Part shown: piece by piece, positions 27,666-44,823 of the stretch
Position numbering within the stretch: position 1 is the first letter of the stretch
How the letters are laid out: each line of letters starts with the position of its first letter
Assembly (NCBI RefSeq): GCF_009914755.1
Contig: NC_060937.1
DNA length: 64,000 nucleotides
Direction: 5' to 3' (one strand)
Source of the DNA: the human T2T-CHM13v2.0 reference genome, Homo sapiens
Made by a program: the position numbers and the translations under genes
Notes under the pieces: model-generated
What the model was told of the DNA's origin: nothing
The model's database searches: none
The model's input: the letters and a program-made list of their open reading frames with translations, nothing else

Positions 27666-29897
27666 ATTAGGAATAATACTGAATTGATTGTTTGTTGATC
27701 CCACATTCTTTCAATACTTTTTCTCCTCTAAGATTACTATTATATTTTTTATTACATTCTAGAGCCTTTTGAAATACTTTAGCTTATGTGCTTTAGAATA
27801 ATCATTAAGAAGCCTGGATGAATAACACAGGGGAGAAAAGATAGGCATGCATGAACAGTCATGCTGGCTAGGGAAAAAATACTGTTTGAGTCCTAGTTAC
27901 AAGGGGGCCAAAATGAATTGATCATTTGCCTTTTGGCTTTAGAAGTGGGCTTATCTGAGACAAAGAGAAGGGCAAACTCAAAAAACTGGGTCCTGCAAAG
28001 TGCTGGAGATGTCAGAGAGCAACAGGCCCAGAGATAATGCCATGAATCTGATAACAAAAGAGGGGGAGGAAAGGAAGGTGCATGTCTTTTTTTAGTAACA
28101 TGTGAACACTAAGAATGAGAGGGTTATTGTCTCTTTTTTTAAAAGTATGTTTGAAATTTATCATGGCTTACAAAATAAGAGCACTGAAATAATCATTTGA
28201 GAAATAATGAAGTTATTATATATGAGGGGTGCTACTGGGGTAATACTCTGTACATTGTTTGCCATGTTTGTTTCCAACATTTATTTCCTCCTTTGAGAAT
28301 GGGAATGTGTGTATGTGAATGTGACTGTGTGTGTATATATGTGCATGTGTGTGTTTCAATACCCTGAAGCTATCATTGGTTATATTCCAACACTGTCTTA
28401 ACTTTCCTTCCTTTTCTATACAATTGACAAGGAGTTAATATATTGAACCAAATGATATTATCATTTTGAAGTATTTGCCCAAGGCCATGAGCATTATATT
28501 CTCCATTTCAACAATGACTTAGGAGAAGGCAGCTCTGAAAATGTAGGGTCAAAGCAGGACAAAACTCAACTCAGAACAATGACTGAAGACTAGTTTTATT
28601 TGATTGATGAGCTGGAGTATTGGTTAAGATTATCTAACATTTTTTACACCCCTAACCCATGGTATAAAACATGTTTATGTCAATCCTAATCACAGTTCCC
28701 AACTATTAGGTTATTTAACAATAACACTGCAGACATTTAAATCATGATTTATTCAAAGATGCCTTTTGCACATAAAGTTTATTTTGTTAGTTTGGTTAGC
28801 TCTGCATTGTTTTAAAGATAATTCTCTTGCAAAGGATAATTCATTGAAAAGTATTTTGCTAAGACTCCAGAAAAAAAATGGATCACAGGCAAGTTCCCAG
28901 AAGAAGCATATTAATAAAGTGTTGGAAAACCTCTGAAGGATTATATTCTCTAGAGATGACCATCTATTGGACATATTAGCCTTTAAAGTCATTTTATTTT
29001 TAAGTTTAAAGATCTATGTGAAATACTGTTTTGAATCCTGGAATTCAAATACAACCTTTCATATTGTTAATCTTTCTTGAAGTTTAAAGAGATGGGAATA
29101 AAGAAAAAATTATTTCATCTTAAATTTAGCTCCGTGTATACTTTTTTCTTTTTAACTCACCTAGCTTTTATGAACACTGCCTATGGACTAGGAAGTATAG
29201 AGAATACAAAACAACTGACATAATCCCTAAATATAGGAGTCTTTTGTATATATGAAGTGGCTGCATATGCATAATACCCTGTTTAGGAAAATGCTGCAGG
29301 GTCAGCTGTATTTTAAATAATCAATGGCTTATTTTAAGTCACTAATCTTAAATCGAGAATGTTAATTCCATTAAAGCAGAAATCATGTTTACTTTGTTTA
29401 TTTCTATATACAAAGCATCTTCGATATTTCCTTACGCATTGTGGGCATTTAATAAATATTTTTGGAATGGACAAACAAGAGGCCAAAGAGGAAGTTTTAA
29501 GCTTTAAGGAGATTCCAGATGTTCTGAGAAGGAGGATTGAAATTTAAAATGGAACACTTGCTAAAAGCAACCAGAAAAAATTTGAAAATTAATAGTTATT
29601 TTGAAGAATGGATAGAACTTGGACAAAATAAAAGGGAGTGGGATGTGTATAGGTGTATATGAATGTGAGTATATGTGTGCTGACACATGTATGTAGAAAC
29701 AACCTGAGAACATTAAAGTGGCAGGGTGGATGTGTGGCAAATAGAGAACATAATAAGCATGCATCACTGCAACACCCTTTTGGGAGTTAAAAAAGAAATA
29801 AAGCTGAGTAGGTTGAGTGAAACCAACCTCTTGGAAAGCCTTGATCTTCTCTTTTAGAAGTTTATAGATAAATAAATACATTTATTTATATATGAAC

Positions 29898-29920
29898 TGT
29901 GTATGTGTGTGTGTGTGTGT
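29898..29920. repeat. Imperfect (TG)n microsatellite
   Basis: Direct read. Confidence 0.9.
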
Positions 29921-31849
29921 ACAATTTCTTTTTATCTTTTTATCATCAAGTAGTTTCTAAGATAGACTTGAGGGGAGCAATTCCTAAACAAATTAACGAG
30001 TTTGTGGGGCTTTTGCAGTCATGTAAGATGCATCTATTAAAAACTGAACCAGGTAATGCAGAAGTAGTGGGGAGAAAAGGAGGAATGAATCAACATAGTT
30101 TAACCAGAAGGATATGAAGTAAAAGGGAGAGAAAGAAGCAAAATATTCCTGCAAGTTTACATGTTGGGTGATGAGGAAATGATGGCTTCATTCTTCCTTT
30201 TGTCAATATCATTTCTCAAATTGTCTTTCCCTTCTCCTTGGATGATTTGGTCAGTGTTTCCTCCTTGACTTTCTCTTGCTTTTTCTAAAGGCTTAGTTCA
30301 CAAGTCTCCTTCTGTTTCCTGTCTGGATTTAGTGTCCCTCTTACACAATTTCTTGGTTTCCTTTGCAGGCCAATGTCATAACACTCATCACACTACATCA
30401 CATTATTTGTTCACACCTGTTTCTTTTACTACATTGGATTCCTTGAGTAGAAAGCACAGAAATGTCTAGTTCTTAGCACGACGTTTGGCATGTGGTTGAT
30501 TTAAGTTGATAACCATAGAAAGTTTAATGAATGAGTTTCTTCTTTTCTTTGCAATAATTAATAGTCTAAGACCTGGATATTTACTACTTGGAAAGTTAGT
30601 TCTAGAGTGCTCTACAATGGTGGAATAGCTTTCTTCTCTTTTTTATATAACCTGTGTGACACTGTTCCAGCATTAGATAAAATATTAGATTTAAAGTGGA
30701 GTGAGAGGAAGTTTTAAGCTTATTTTATTGTTCTCTTTGGGGTTCTATGAAATCTCAGAAAGGAGAAATGCAGAAGATGATGGTTGCTGCCACATTTTTC
30801 GATTTTCAAAGATCACTCTGGCCATTTATTTCTGGGGTATCTGGAAAATTTAGTTGTGGTCCCCAACATGCTGAATTTTTACATTCTAGGAAACACTAGT
30901 GAGAATTAGACATGAAATGATGAACTAAGAAAGAAACTCAAATTCTCTTAATATTTAAGTATTTAAATTTAGACATGAAGATTTTTAAAAAGTCGTATCC
31001 CTTTCCTTGAATCCTTATATAATAAGCATTTAATTTACCTGAGCTTCAGCTAAAAATGAGGATAACAGCTGTTGTATCAAGGAATTTAAAGTGCTCTGTG
31101 TTAAATCCCAGTGTGTATGACATTTACGTTGCTAAAATAATTTGAGAGCTCTGGTCTCTAAAGTAGATTGCTAAAATAAAATGTACTATGATTAACAAAA
31201 CCCAAATATTACAGAGACAGATTTTAGGGATAGTATTGTTGGCTTTAGTAAGAAGTATGGGAGATACTAGATTTGTCATTAACGGTTTTTCTTTAACCTG
31301 GAACATCCTACTTTTATTCTCTCTCAGTCTGAAGTTTCTGAGTGGATATGTACCTAACTGTGTTGCTTGTTTTCAAAGAGGGATATTAAAAAGTTTCATT
31401 ATGTAGCCCATGAAAAATGTGTATTTTCTTAGTAGTAAATATTGATCATTATCAATTTATGAAGAAGTATTTATATTTTTAACATATTTAAAATTTGGGT
31501 TACTCACAAACAGAAAATACTATTAAAGAAAGTTTGGCAAATGTCTTTAAACTTTTCACTGCCTTAAGTATGTAAGATTCATAGTTTTTATTCTCCCACA
31601 ATGATGTAGTTACAGTTAATATCTTGTTGTATATATCATCCGATATGTAGGAATGTGGCATTTTCTTTTTTCTTTCTTAAATCTTTCTACATTTTAAGTC
31701 AATTATTAAAAGACTATTAGACTAGTCTTTTAAAATTCTTCCACAATACCGAAAAACCTGAGGATAAGCTTTTTGTTTTTGTCAAGCTGCTTTATCTCTA
31801 ATGTTAAACAACTTATTAGTTTAGGGATAGTGTTTATTTTTCTGGTAAA

Positions 31850-33530
<1,681 letters not shown>

Positions 33531-35019
33531 CAAGGAAATTACTGGTTAATTTCTAATTATAATACATGAATACTAAGTACAAAATGTTAATAAAAATTGT
33601 CAGTAGTATTTTAACATACTGCAATATTCATCTTCAAATTCATATTATAACCTACAAAGCAATCATGTTGGGGAGCTTTACTCCCTTTCCAAGAGTGCTT
33701 CCATGGACCAAAATGATTGCAAAAAAGTTATTTTTTTTAAAAAAAATTCCTAGAACACAAGGATTTTTGAAACAGAAAGGACTTGAGAGATCATCTCTAC
33801 AAACTCATTCAGTTAAGTTTTTCCCTCTAGTTTCTGATTCTTATTTACATGGCATCATAGTTATTGATGGAGAAGTCAGGAACTCAGGTAGTTTTTCAAA
33901 ATAAATATCTTAATACATAGCAGTGAATACAAGGGGTTTTGAGTGACTTATCTTCCGATTACATTCTCGTCTTCACCAATGCTCATAGAATGTGACCATT
34001 AACATGTTACAGTCCACACAAAATTTTGCAGATAACACACAAATGACCAAAGTTACATTATGAATATCTAGCAGTGTGGTGGCTGCCATCTTCCTCAGCT
34101 CTGCTCTGTTCTTAATTTTCCAAGAACCCTCAAGGGATCATTAAAAGAAGGAACTGTAAATATCCACAGATAGTTTTGTATTATATAAAGGTAAACTGTG
34201 TATCAGAAAGTGGGCAAGAAACTATTAAAAAATCATAATTTATTTAGCATACCTATGCATAAACAAAATTAATACTTATATGATTTTCTGGTTTCAGTAT
34301 GTATAACACTAACATCTTTTGTTTGCCAAACATAATGATATATCACTTTAGATTGAGAAACATGCTAATAAAATAATATTTATATAATGAATATATGCTT
34401 CCTGTTGTCTCCCTTCTCACCTTCCTCACCCATTCTCGTTCAGAAGAGAATATAATACTTATTCTTTGATTTTATTAATACATATTGATGTTCTGAATTG
34501 TAATATGCATTTTAATAACTAAATTGGGATTTGCTAAAAATAGCATTTTAATATCTTTTGCAGTTCTTCAAACATCTGTCAGATGCCTTGTTATACACAG
34601 ATTTTTTTGTCAGATCCATATATATCATTGCTTTTGATTGACATGAAAGATTTATAACTGATTTGAGATCGTTTAATCACTATATTCATGCATTTTAAAA
34701 GTCTTGGATTAAATGAATAGCTTTACATCTAGTTTTAATATTCATCACAAGTTTTTTGGGTATTAACTAAGGACTTCTGTTTGCATGTAATTTAACAATT
34801 TGATTAATATGCTTTGCAGTTTTACTTTGTATTTTATCTTGGATCTGAGATCTTGGAGGCAAATTCTAGCTAATGCCTCTTTGCAGAGATTTTACAAAGC
34901 CATAAGAAGAGAAATGAAAATTCTCAAAATTATTACAGGAAGCTTTTGAAAAGTGCAATCTAGTTGGATCGGTAGCATTAGGATACAACTTTTTGACACT
35001 TTGTTAGGGTTAAATATAA

Positions 35020-37130
35020 GTAGAAGACCTCCACTATGGCCATAATGGTGCAACTTGTACCAGGCTTGCTCCTCTGCCTGTCAGTAACCATAAGACTAGG
35101 CAAAATGTATGTCAACTATTTTTTAAAGATCAGTGAGATACGGAAATAACAATATGAGATGATGATTTCAAAGACTCTGGTTAGGGCACACTCTCGACTA
35201 CCATATAGGAAGATGAGGCCCAAGAAAAGCATGGTACTCTCATTGAGCTAAGGAGGCAGATATTATAGTTTGGGGCTGCTGAAGTGGCTAATAGTTTAAG
35301 GCAGGGTACTGGAAAGGAGGAAGCTGTACAGAGGGAAGCATCAGAAGTCTGTGTGGGGTATACTACATGTTCTTGGCCAAAGGCGAGGGTCCATTTATAC
35401 AGGGTAAGACTCCATGTGTTGTAATCAAGAGTGGCTGCTGGTTGCCTGAAAATGAAACTGAAATGCCAGGGGTTGTTGGAATTGCAAAGCAGTCAGAGCA
35501 GAGAGACCATTCAGAGCTCTCCAGGCATTCAGCTGAGATCCCAGAAATGCCATGACTTTGGTGTAAGGAAAACACACTAAATATGGATCACATCATATGA
35601 CTAAGGATAAACTCAAGATAGTTTCAAAGAATAAAACCAAACCTCTCCTGATCTAAGGGAGCCACCAGTAATTTAATGGCCACCAAGAACAATCTCAACA
35701 GGTTTTTAAGGAGTCAACATAATTCACATAATGGATTATGGATCCAGCAATGTCCAGTATAATAAAAAATGCCTTGACCTGCTTAGAAAATTCAATTAAA
35801 AGGCACATTCAACTAAAAAAAGACGGAAACAGACACTTTACAAAAGAATGTGCTTGAATAACCAATCAACACTTAAAATGTACTAAACATAATTAGTCAT
35901 CAGGGAAATGCAAAATAAAATTACAATGAAATACCATTTTAAACCAGATAGAATGGCTGAAATTAAAATGACTGAAAATTCAAATGTTGGCAAGGATTTG
36001 AAGCAAAGTGGATCACTCATACATTGCTGGATACATTGCTGGTGGGAATTAAAATGGTAAAACTATACAGAGAACTGCTGGGGTTGTTTCTTAAGAAGTT
36101 AATTATACATATATGCTATAATGCAGCAAGCCAACTTGTAGCTAAAATCTGCATGTAACCAAAACATTTATCAACTGAGAATGAAGGAATAAATTTGGTA
36201 TGTTGAAACAATGGAATAATACTCATCAATAAAGAAGAATGCATATAAAAACATGAATGAATCTCAAGAACAATGTGAGGGATGTTTGCTTCCATCCATG
36301 AGGGAGCAAGAAGCACCAGAATTACCTTTTCACTGCAAGCTAGAAACAGTTGTTTTCCATTATTGTAGCAAAGAACTATGATCTCTGAGAGACAGATTTG
36401 AAAGACGTAATCTCTCCAAATTGACTTGGCTTTCTGCCTGGAGGAAGTTTTCATTCTGTGGTAGAGGGATGAACTTGGCATTTTGCTGAGTTGAGAAGAT
36501 GAGGGTAAGAATTTGTAGAGAACAAAATTTGGCTAAAATTTATAGGTAAAATACTGGATAGAAGGTAACCACAGATAGTCTAGAAATCTTTAGAGGTGTC
36601 CCCTTAAACTTTTGACTGAATCTATGCATGCCTAAGCAAAAACCCCATGGTGGGGGAAAGCAAACAAAAAAACAACTTCCAGAGGAAGAATGATTTCTGA
36701 GGGAAGGAGGAGTATAAACTAATCAGTTTAACTGAGTGGATAAGGGTAGATTAAATTCCATAGATGAAAAGATCAGTGAATAAAACGGTCAACCTAGAAT
36801 TATAAACCCAGATAAATATTTTCCAAAAATATAAGTAAAATATAAACATGTTTTCAGACCAAAAAAAGCTCAAAAAAATTGTAAAATCAACAGAATTCAC
36901 TGGCAGCAGATGAATGCTACAGGAAATGTTGAAAAGAAAAAAAAAAAGTTCTTCAAGCAGAGGGAAAATAATGCCAGATAGAAAGTTAATCTATATAAAA
37001 GCATGAAGAGAATAGAAATGGTAGATAATATGTGGATAAATAAAAGAGACTTTGGCATTATTATAAACATAGCTTTAAAAGATAATTGACAGTTAACAGC
37101 ATAAATAATAATGCATTACAGGGCTTCTGT
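35020..37130 (+). mobile_element. Mosaic of old L1M fragments (5'-like, ORF2 end/3'UTR, 5'-like, ORF1-like)
   Basis: CATCAGGGAAATGCAAAATAAAATTACAATGAAATACC (ORF2 end, ~35900) and CAACCTAGAATTATAAACCCAG (ORF1 end, ~36790); boundaries uncertain. Confidence 0.55.
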
Positions 37131-37368
37131 ATATATTCTTGGGTTTTACATATTCATCTTTATTAACTTTGTCTTAAATGTGCACACATATTCTGGACCA
37201 GAGACATAGTTCTTATTAATTACTCAACAGTAAATAATAACGGTGTTCACCCTCTCCGCCACTACGTTTTCCCCAGGCCTTAATCCTGGAAAAACACAAT
37301 GAAAGCCAGGTCCAATGTCTTACAAGAGTAGTTCTATCCATGAGGGAAAAAGAAAAATGATATTTTTT

Positions 37369-37774
<406 letters not shown>

Positions 37775-38279
37775 CTATGCAACAGCCCTATGTGAAACTG
37801 TGCACTTAAGATCTATGTATTTTGCCATGTGCACATTTTATTTCAATAAAAAAGTAGCTAGATAGCAGAAAGCTTTATCTATTCCAAGAAAGGAAATAAT
37901 AGGGATGTTTCCGTCTAACAATTGATGAGGATAATTTGTTGAATTACATAAGAAACTTTTCTTTTACTTGGGAATGAAGGACATTATATATTCTACCATT
38001 CTATTATTAATTCTAACTCCTTGATTGGCATTTAAAATATTTGCAAGGATTATAGTGAATCTAACTATCTGGAAAATCATTGATTTTGAACTTTAGGTTG
38101 ATGGAAATGGATATTGAAATATCAAGTACACTCACAACAATAAAACTCAACTTTTTTCACTTTAATGAATAGTTTTCCATTCATGACACTGTGGATCACT
38201 GAGAAGAATAGAGTTTAGAACTGAAGTTTTGGGTTTAACCTTTGACTTCATTATTTACTAGCAGTAAATCACCAGGTGA

Positions 38280-38661
<382 letters not shown>

Positions 38662-39139
38662 TAGTAATACTAATTTCATATTAGTAATACTAATATCATA
38701 AAATTGTTGTATGGAAAATGTGAATATACAAATACATTGATGTTAAGTAGAATAAAAAAATGACTAATGCAAAAACCCTATTAGACCCCATTGAAGTCTG
38801 TTATTAGAAATATCATCTATGTAGATATTTGCTGAATCTGCTTTTATGTTGAAGCTTAGGCTTCATCATATCTTTACTGTTAGAACAATTAACTAACCAG
38901 TTTCTTTGTTCCCAGCCTTGTTCTTTCATGTTCTAGCCTCCATTCAACTTTCAGATAGATGTCTTTAAAAGTTGGTGTATAAAACATACAATAAAAATGT
39001 AAAGTTGTAACTATGTCATATGAATGGTAAATGTTTTCTGCCCAATTTCTTCTCACTACCCAATGCCTAAAGTCCAAATTATCTATTTCATGTAGTACAC
39101 ATGAGCTCAATTCTGCCTGCCGACATTTTCAGCCCCACT

Positions 39140-39470
39140 TTGACCATTCTTCACTTGACACTTTGTCACTTGACAAATCCTAATTACCTTCTAATATTCA
39201 GCAAAAGGTCATTATTTCATTGAAGACTTACTTAACCCTGTCTTGACCTAGGCAAAAAGTTAAATTCATCTATGCTCATTGTAATGCCACACACGTAGGT
39301 CAGCTTATCACCTAGCATTTTATACCAAAAACATTTTATTATCTGCCTCCTTGCTGAACTCTGGGTATTGAGAGAAAGGTTTTTGTTATATTTTTTGTTT
39401 CAGCAGCACCTATATAATATCATACATATAGTATGTTCTCAGTCATTTGATGAATGAGTGAATAAATGGA
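39140..39470 (+). mobile_element. L2 3' fragment
   Basis: CAAATCCTAATTACCTTCTAATATTCAGC ... CATTTGATGAATGAGTGAATAAATG. Confidence 0.5.
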
Positions 39471-40479
39471 CACATGACTATAATGTGCACATCAGATTCT
39501 CATTTCATGTAGGTGGTTTGTTTCTGGTCAGGGAAATAACCATTTCTGTTGATAACGTATAGTTTTTTTAATCCTAGAAATATTGAAAAAAATTATCAGA
39601 TTCTTAACTAGAGAAAATCTTTGAAAATTCTCTGTTTCAAAAGAAGGATATGTTTGCTCAGAATACTTGAAAATTATTATTTTAAATTTCTGTATTCTTT
39701 CCTTTCTAGAAGATTGTTTGGTCAAAATTATGCAGTTAGTCTTTATCTGAATGCCAATTAAGTAAGTAAATGTCAACATACCATGCTCACCTCAGCAAGG
39801 GTAACTGTTATTTCAGAGAGTATAACAGAATCCAGTTACCTAGGAAGAAAATCCCTGTTGCTGGAAAATACCAAAGATGTTCATGTTATTTCATGGACTT
39901 TAAGTATGCAAAAATGCTTATTTCTTTAAGTAATTGTCTTAAAGCATCTTTATCTAACTGCAAGCTCATTATGCTACAGTTGCAATGAAAAACTAGCCTG
40001 GGTGGTTCCAAAGTCATTCCTGCATTTGAGAAAGTATTTAATGATTCTAAAATATTTTCATTTCTGGACCCCCTTTAAAGTGTCTAGTGACTCGACTCCT
40101 CAGTCCCATTGGTCTTTACAAACCTCATTCATCTTAAAGTCTAAGGAGGGACACATGCAGTAGGCTTAAATTAAGAAGGTCTAATTCAGGTATGGCTAGT
40201 ATGTACACAGAGAGCACAAGCTACCCCAACTTTGCCCTTGTCAGACGTTCCCTGGTAATCTCAGTTCTCTTTCCTGTTTGGCACAGACTCATATTCATAA
40301 TTAATTATAATAGACCTCCAAGCAGCTACCAGTGATTGTTCTCCAGCAGAAAATAGGGGGAAACACTTCTGTCATCCAAAAAAAAATCATGAAGAAGTTA
40401 ATTATTTCTTCCCTATTGTACGGAATTATGTTCACAGTTTTTAGTTACCATTGTCACGCTGTGGGTATCACAGGCTGCA

Positions 40480-40690
40480 CTAAGAGAACTGACTCGGAGC
40501 CCAGTCTACTAGGGCTTAAATCTAGCCTTGTGATTTACATGTTGTGTGACATCGCAGAGATCACATAACTTCACCTGCAACATTGGAAATAGTAACACCT
40601 ACCACACAGGATTGCTGAGGGAATTTAATGAATTAATACTTGTAACTATTAAAACCTTTCTCAAAATAAGTTTTGAATAAGTGTTAAAGA
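40480..40690 (+). mobile_element. MIR
   Basis: CTAAGAGAACTGACTCGGAGCCCAG ... ATAGTAACACCTACCACACAGGATTGCTGAGGGAATTTAATGA. Confidence 0.65.
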
Positions 40691-41672
40691 AGATTAGCAG
40701 TTCTAACTTCTAAGACCTCTTTAAGAGTCATGACTTCCTGAAGATAGCTATTTTTGGATTGAAAATAACATCTGGAAGATAAGGTGATAGATTTTGTTCA
40801 TCTGTATTATAGAGCCCATGTAAATATATATCTTATGAATATACTTTTTTTTTTAGCAAATTTCATTCCAGAAACATGTTGTTGAGTGGTAGGAATCCAG
40901 ATATTCCAGTAAAATTGAGTGTAGGAATGACTAGACTAATATTTAAAAATGACACTTGAGAGCTAAATATTTTTATAAAAGAGCTACATCTAGTGGGAAG
41001 ATGGACACAGAATTACAAACATATCCTTTAAAATTCAAAACAAAAATGAAGGGGATATGGAAAGAACAGATAAGAAATTTATTTGTAGACATGCTCTATA
41101 TTGGCAGCCTTCAAAGAGTCTAAGACAATGTTTAAATGACGGTATGGTGGGAACCCTCTTCAGTAATAGAAATGTTGAGGTTTTGGACTGTGGATCTGAT
41201 GAGAATTTGAATTTTTTTTCTTCCAGTGTCAGTTTAGGGTCCTGAAACTTGTTTCATGATAATACACTCTTAAAGATTATGCCTATTCAGAACATGTAGA
41301 CTTAACCCTATTCTAGCTTTATTGATTTCTACTATTGTCTTTTGGGCATTTGCTATAATAAAGAAACACTTCAGAAAGTACATTCTGTGATTGATTCTAA
41401 GACATGGGCCAAACGGCCTTGACCAAGGATTATTTTTGAATTCCAAACATACATTTGTCATTATTTTCACTAATGCTAGCATTAGCCTTTGTAAATGGGT
41501 TATTTTAATAGATTTAATATAGTCTTTTAATGTTAGTACTTTAAAGTCCTTAAATCTTTTGGCTCTGCTTCCACCTGTGAGTGAAGGTCTTTTGGAGGAG
41601 AATTAACTCCTTAGCCCACTAAGAGCTTTAGAATATAATACAATTTGCCTTAATATAAGAACCTAGACGTCC

Positions 41673-42074
41673 GTGTTAATCCAGATCTTTTGAGAAGCAG
41701 ATGGCAAGGCAGGATTAGACATGCATAAGATTTCCTAGGGGCAATGCTTGTGAGGGAAAATGGGGAACAAGCTGGGAGAAGCTGGGAGAACCATTAGATT
41801 ATGATGCAGATTTGACCCTCGTGAATGAGAGAAGTGAAGAAGGAAGGTTGGGTGCAGGACTCCCTGATGGGGAGTCTACAAGCCAAAGCTTCTGTTAGAG
41901 GAGTCCCCCACTTTAGTATCCTTTCCTTGTTCCATCACTGTCTGGGAGCATTGCTGGGAAATGGGACCCCAGTGCAAAAGTGGTGATGGATTTCAGAGCA
42001 CAGCAGCTGAGGCTGTGGGTTAATTATACTCCTCATCATGGGAGATCTGAAAGGCATGTTTTCATGGCCACCAC
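41673..42074 (-). mobile_element. ERVL solo LTR, LTR16-like
   Basis: GAGAAGCAGATGGCAAGGCAGGATTAGACATGCATAAGATTT ... GGATTTCAGAGCACAGCAGCTG ... CATGGCCACCAC. Confidence 0.7.
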
Positions 42075-42882
42075 CATCCCCAAAAGTCAAAAATCTGTTG
42101 CCATTGAGGATTAGATTTATTATTTATGTCTATTTTCACCTCATTCTTATGTAATAGAAACAGGTAATATTTACTAATCAATTACTGTAGCATATACCTT
42201 TATATATTTAATCCTTATTTAACCCTTATTCACTTTTAAGTGAACTTTTAATATGCCTATACTAATGATAAAAATATAGAGACTTAGGGTTATTAACTAA
42301 TGTGGCCAGAACACATAGTTAATAATGGGAGGGGGATTAAAATATAAATATTTTTGGATTCCAAATGAACAACTTTTGCTATAAAGTTATCCTGCCCAGA
42401 TAACATTTGAAGGGGTGCTGGGATGTAGGAAAGTCAAATGGCAGGTCAGAAATCACAGACATGGGGATTCCCGGGAAAGATGGCTGAAGAGGAACAGCTC
42501 TGGTCTGCAGCTCCCAGAGAGACCAATGCAGAAGGCGGATGATTTCTGCATTTCCAACTGAGGTACCTGGCTCATCTCAATGGGACTGGTTAGACAGTGG
42601 GTGCAGCCCACGGAGGGCGAGCAGAGGAAGGGTGGGGCTTTGCCTCACCTGCGAAGCACAAGGGGTGGGAGAACTCCCTCCCCTAGCCAAGGGAAGCAAT
42701 AAGGGACGGTGCTGTGAGGCATGGAGCATTCCGACCCAGATACTACACTTTTCCCACTGTCTTCGCAACCTGCAGACCAGGATTACCTCGTGTGCCTATG
42801 CCACCAGGGCCCTGAGTTTCAAGCACAAAGCTGGGCGGCCATTTGGGCAGACACCCAGCTAGCTGCAGGACTTTTTTTTTTT

Positions 42883-43101
42883 TCATACCCCAGTGGCGCC
42901 TGGAACACCAGCGAGACAGAACCGTTCACACCCTTGGAAAGGGCGCTGAATCCAGGGAGCCCAGTGGTCTAGCTCAGCAGATCCCACCTCCGTGGAGCCC
43001 AGCAAACTAAGATTCACTGGCTTAAAATTCTTGCTGCCAGCACAGCAGTCTGAAGTCAATCTGGGACGCTTGAGCCTGGTAGGGTGAGGGGCGTCTGCCA
43101 T
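42883..43101 (-). CDS. L1 ORF0-like antisense frame, 72 codons, uninterrupted
   Basis: MADAPHPTRLKRPRLTSDCCAG resembles the L1HS ORF0 N-terminus as I recall it (MAGAPPPASLPPCSLISDCCAS); start context gtaATGg; expression unknown. Confidence 0.4.
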   Translation of the reverse strand: MADAPHPTRLKRPRLTSDCCAGSKNFKPVNLSLLGSTEVGSAELDHWAPWIQRPFQGCERFCLAGVPGATGV

Positions 43102-43809
43102 TACTGAGGTTTCAGTAGGCAATTTTCCCCTCACAGTGTAAACAAAGCTGCTGAGAAGTTCGGACTGGGCAGAGCCCACCATAGAGCCACAAACCCACTG
43201 TAGCCAGACTGCCTCTCTAGATTCCTCCTCTCTGGGCAGGGCATCTCTGAAAGAAAGGCAGCACCTCCATTCAGGGACTTACAGATAAAACTCCCATCTC
43301 CCTGGGACAGAGCACCTGGTAGAAGGGGCAGCTGTGGGCACAGCTTCAGCAGACGTAAATGTTCATGCCTGCCAGCTCTGAAGAGAGCAGTGAATCTCCC
43401 AGCACAGCGCTCAAGCTCTGATAAGAGACAGACTGCCTCCTCACGTGGGTCCCTGACCCCCATGCCTCCTGACTGGGAGACACTTCCCAGCAGGGGTCGA
43501 CAGATACCTCATACAGGAGAGCTCCTGGTGGCATCAGGCGGGTGGTTCTCTGGGACAAAGCTTCAAGTGGAAGGAGCAGGCAGCAATATTTGCTGCTCTT
43601 CAGCCTCTGCTGGTGATACCCAGGAAAACAGGGTCTGGAGTGGACCTCCAGCAAATTCCAGCAGACCTGCAGAAGAGGGGCCTAACTGTTAGAAGGAAAA
43701 CTAACAAACAGAAGGCAATAACATCAACATCAACAGAAAGGACGCATATGAAAAAACCCTATCTGAAGGTCACCAATATCAAAGATCAAAGGTAGACAAA
43801 TCCACAAAG

Positions 43810-44823
43810 ATGAGGAAAAAATAGAGCAAAACTGCTGGAAAAAAAAAAACAAAATGCCTCTTCGCCTCCAAAGGATCACAACTCCTCACCAGCATGAGAA
43901 CAAAACTGGATGGAGAATGAGTTTGACAAACTGACAGAAGTAGGCTTCAGAATAACAAACTCCTCCGAGCTAAAGGAGCATGTTCTAACCCAGTGCAAGG
44001 AAGTTAAGAACCTTGAGAAAAGGTTACAGGAACTGCTAACTAGAGTAACCAGTTTAGAGAAGAACATAAATGACCTGATGGAGCTGAAAAACACAGCACA
44101 AGAACTTCGTGAAGCATACACAAGTATCAATAGCTGAACTGATCAAGCAAAAGAAAGGATATTAGAGGTTGAATATCAACTTAATGAAATAAAGCTTGAA
44201 GATAAGATTAGAGAAAAAAGAATGAAAAGGAATGCACAAAGCCTCCAAGAAATATGAGACTATGTGAAGAGACCAAAGCTACATTTGATTGGTGTACCTG
44301 AAAGTGAAGGGGAGGATGGAACCAAGTTTGAAAACACACTTCAGGATATTATCCAGGAGAACTTCCCCAACCTAGCAAGACAGGCCAACATTCAAATTCA
44401 GGAAATACAGAGAATGCCACAAAGATATTGCTTGAGAAGAACAACCCCAAGACACATAATCATCAGATTCACCAAGGTTGAAATGAAGGAAAAATGTTAA
44501 AGGCAGCCACAGAGAAAGACTGGGTTATCCACAAAGGGAAGCCCATCAGACTAACAGCAGATCTCTCTGTAGAAACCCTGCAAGCCAGAAAAGAGTGGGG
44601 GCCAAAATTCAGCATTCTTAAACAAAAGAATTTTCAACCCAGAATTTCATATCCAGCCAAACTAAGCTTCATAAGTGAAGGATAAATAAAATCCTCTACA
44701 GACAAGCAAATGCTGAGGGATGCTGTCACCAACAGGCCTGCCTTACAAGAGCTCCTGAAGGAAGCACTGAATATGGAAATGAAAAACCAGTACCAGCCAC
44801 TACAAAAACATACCAAATTGTAA
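43810..44823 (+). pseudogene. Disrupted L1 ORF1
   Basis: Fragments MENEFDKLTEVGFR, KRPKLHLIGVPE ... ENFPNLARQANIQIQE and KNFQPRISYPAKLSF, separated by stops and frameshifts. Confidence 0.88.
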
